Positions 62,931-64,000 of a stretch of DNA of 64,000 bases are shown piece by piece; within the stretch, counting starts at the first letter, position 1, and each line of letters starts with the position of its first letter. Position numbers and translations under genes: made by a program. The stretch is from the NCBI RefSeq assembly GCF_009914755.1, contig NC_060927.1; one strand, written 5' to 3'. The DNA is from the human T2T-CHM13v2.0 reference genome, Homo sapiens. The notes beneath the pieces were generated by a model that saw only the letters and a program-made list of their open reading frames with translations, ran no database searches and was not told the origin of the DNA.

Positions 62931-64000
62931 TTACAAGTAAGCAAATGACCCAGCCTCTAGGGTAAACAAACTGATGTCATCATCAATCAGCAAAAAAGCA
63001 GAATGTGATCTAACAATGAAGGAGACCCGTATTAGGACAGAAGGGGAGAGAAAAATATCTGAAGCCCTTCATTTTAACAACCAAAGTTACTTAGTCCAAA
63101 ATTACTGGCCATCTTCCCAGACAAGCACCATTAAAGGTAGAGCTCCCCATCCCACAGTGGCCATAACGTAACAGCGCCTACCAAACGCGCTTCATGAGGA
63201 CAAGATGTAATTTTACCAAAACACGAAGTGCTGACTGCCAACAGCAATAAACAGCAGCATTCGTGATCTAAATGAAGCTTTTAAAATTAAGCTTTTTCAG
63301 AAGTTACTCAACTTTAATAAGACTTCATTCACTTTCCCAACTACTAAATCTGCTTTGGTTTGCAATTTTTTTTTAGCTGTTTAAATGGTCAAGGTCCTTA
63401 CTTTGTGTGTCTGTTTGGTGGGAATGATTTTAATTCAAACAAACAACACTGTCTCCAAGGGAGCATGTTTTATATTCTCACTATTACACCTGGCTTTCCC
63501 TATGGTTTTCAAAATCATTGACAAAATTCGTAATTATTATTTTAATGTAAAAGGTGCTCAGGGTCTGATGTATCTGAGCATGCTGAGCTTCAAGACTTTG
63601 TCTTGATTACACTTTAAATGAACTGGTATGAGTTTGCAGTTTCTTTAAAAATGAACCATGCAAGCTTTTTCACGGAAGGTATTTCTGACTCCTCCTTTGA
63701 GATGAACCTTTAAAACAAAATTCACAACCTGTCAACACATTACATATGTTAACCCTTTCTGAGAATTTGCAATGCTCTCTCCTCACACCAGGTCCTTGCA
63801 CCTATTACCAGAAATGCTGGTCTCAAAGAATGACTAAATATAGTCGTATCTCTCTCTACTGCATTCCCATGCTCTCATCCACAGTGCCCTTCCAGAAGCT
63901 CATGGGGCTTCAAACAGAAGATGGCTTTTATTATGAGCTGAAAGAAAACTAGTCAATGCAACTATGAATTGCCTGGTATTCCACATTCTCCCTTCACGCA

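Overview
Primate (human-like) intronic DNA with high Alu density. The only host coding sequence is a 211-bp minus-strand exon (6395-6605). I recognise its peptide as OSBPL10/ORP10 (about residues 244-313, probably exon 5), so the rest of the window is most likely intron of that gene. A plus-strand (antisense) processed KRAB zinc-finger pseudogene of the ZNF587/ZNF417 group lies at 52468-54880, inserted into a MER2-type DNA transposon and itself interrupted by two Alus. The remainder is about 37 Alu copies or fragments, a ~6-kb decayed L1PB, older L1/L2/MIR pieces, solo LTRs (THE1, MLT1, MER34 with nested MER4, MER39, MER41), DNA transposon fossils and tandem repeats. The most notable unexplained structures are: a TSD-flanked, polyadenylated 1.1-kb composite retro-insertion; a 300-bp orphan retrocopy; a host-sense MER41 LTR with two intact GAS sites and an overlapping perfect NF-kB palindrome; a still-open KRAB-only ORF with altered KAP1-binding motifs; an array of 17-bp cores with GT-rich spacers; and a local 140-bp templated duplication. 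Gene and repeat-family names come from recalled sequences, not from database searches. I see no evidence of a prokaryotic-type system such as CRISPR.
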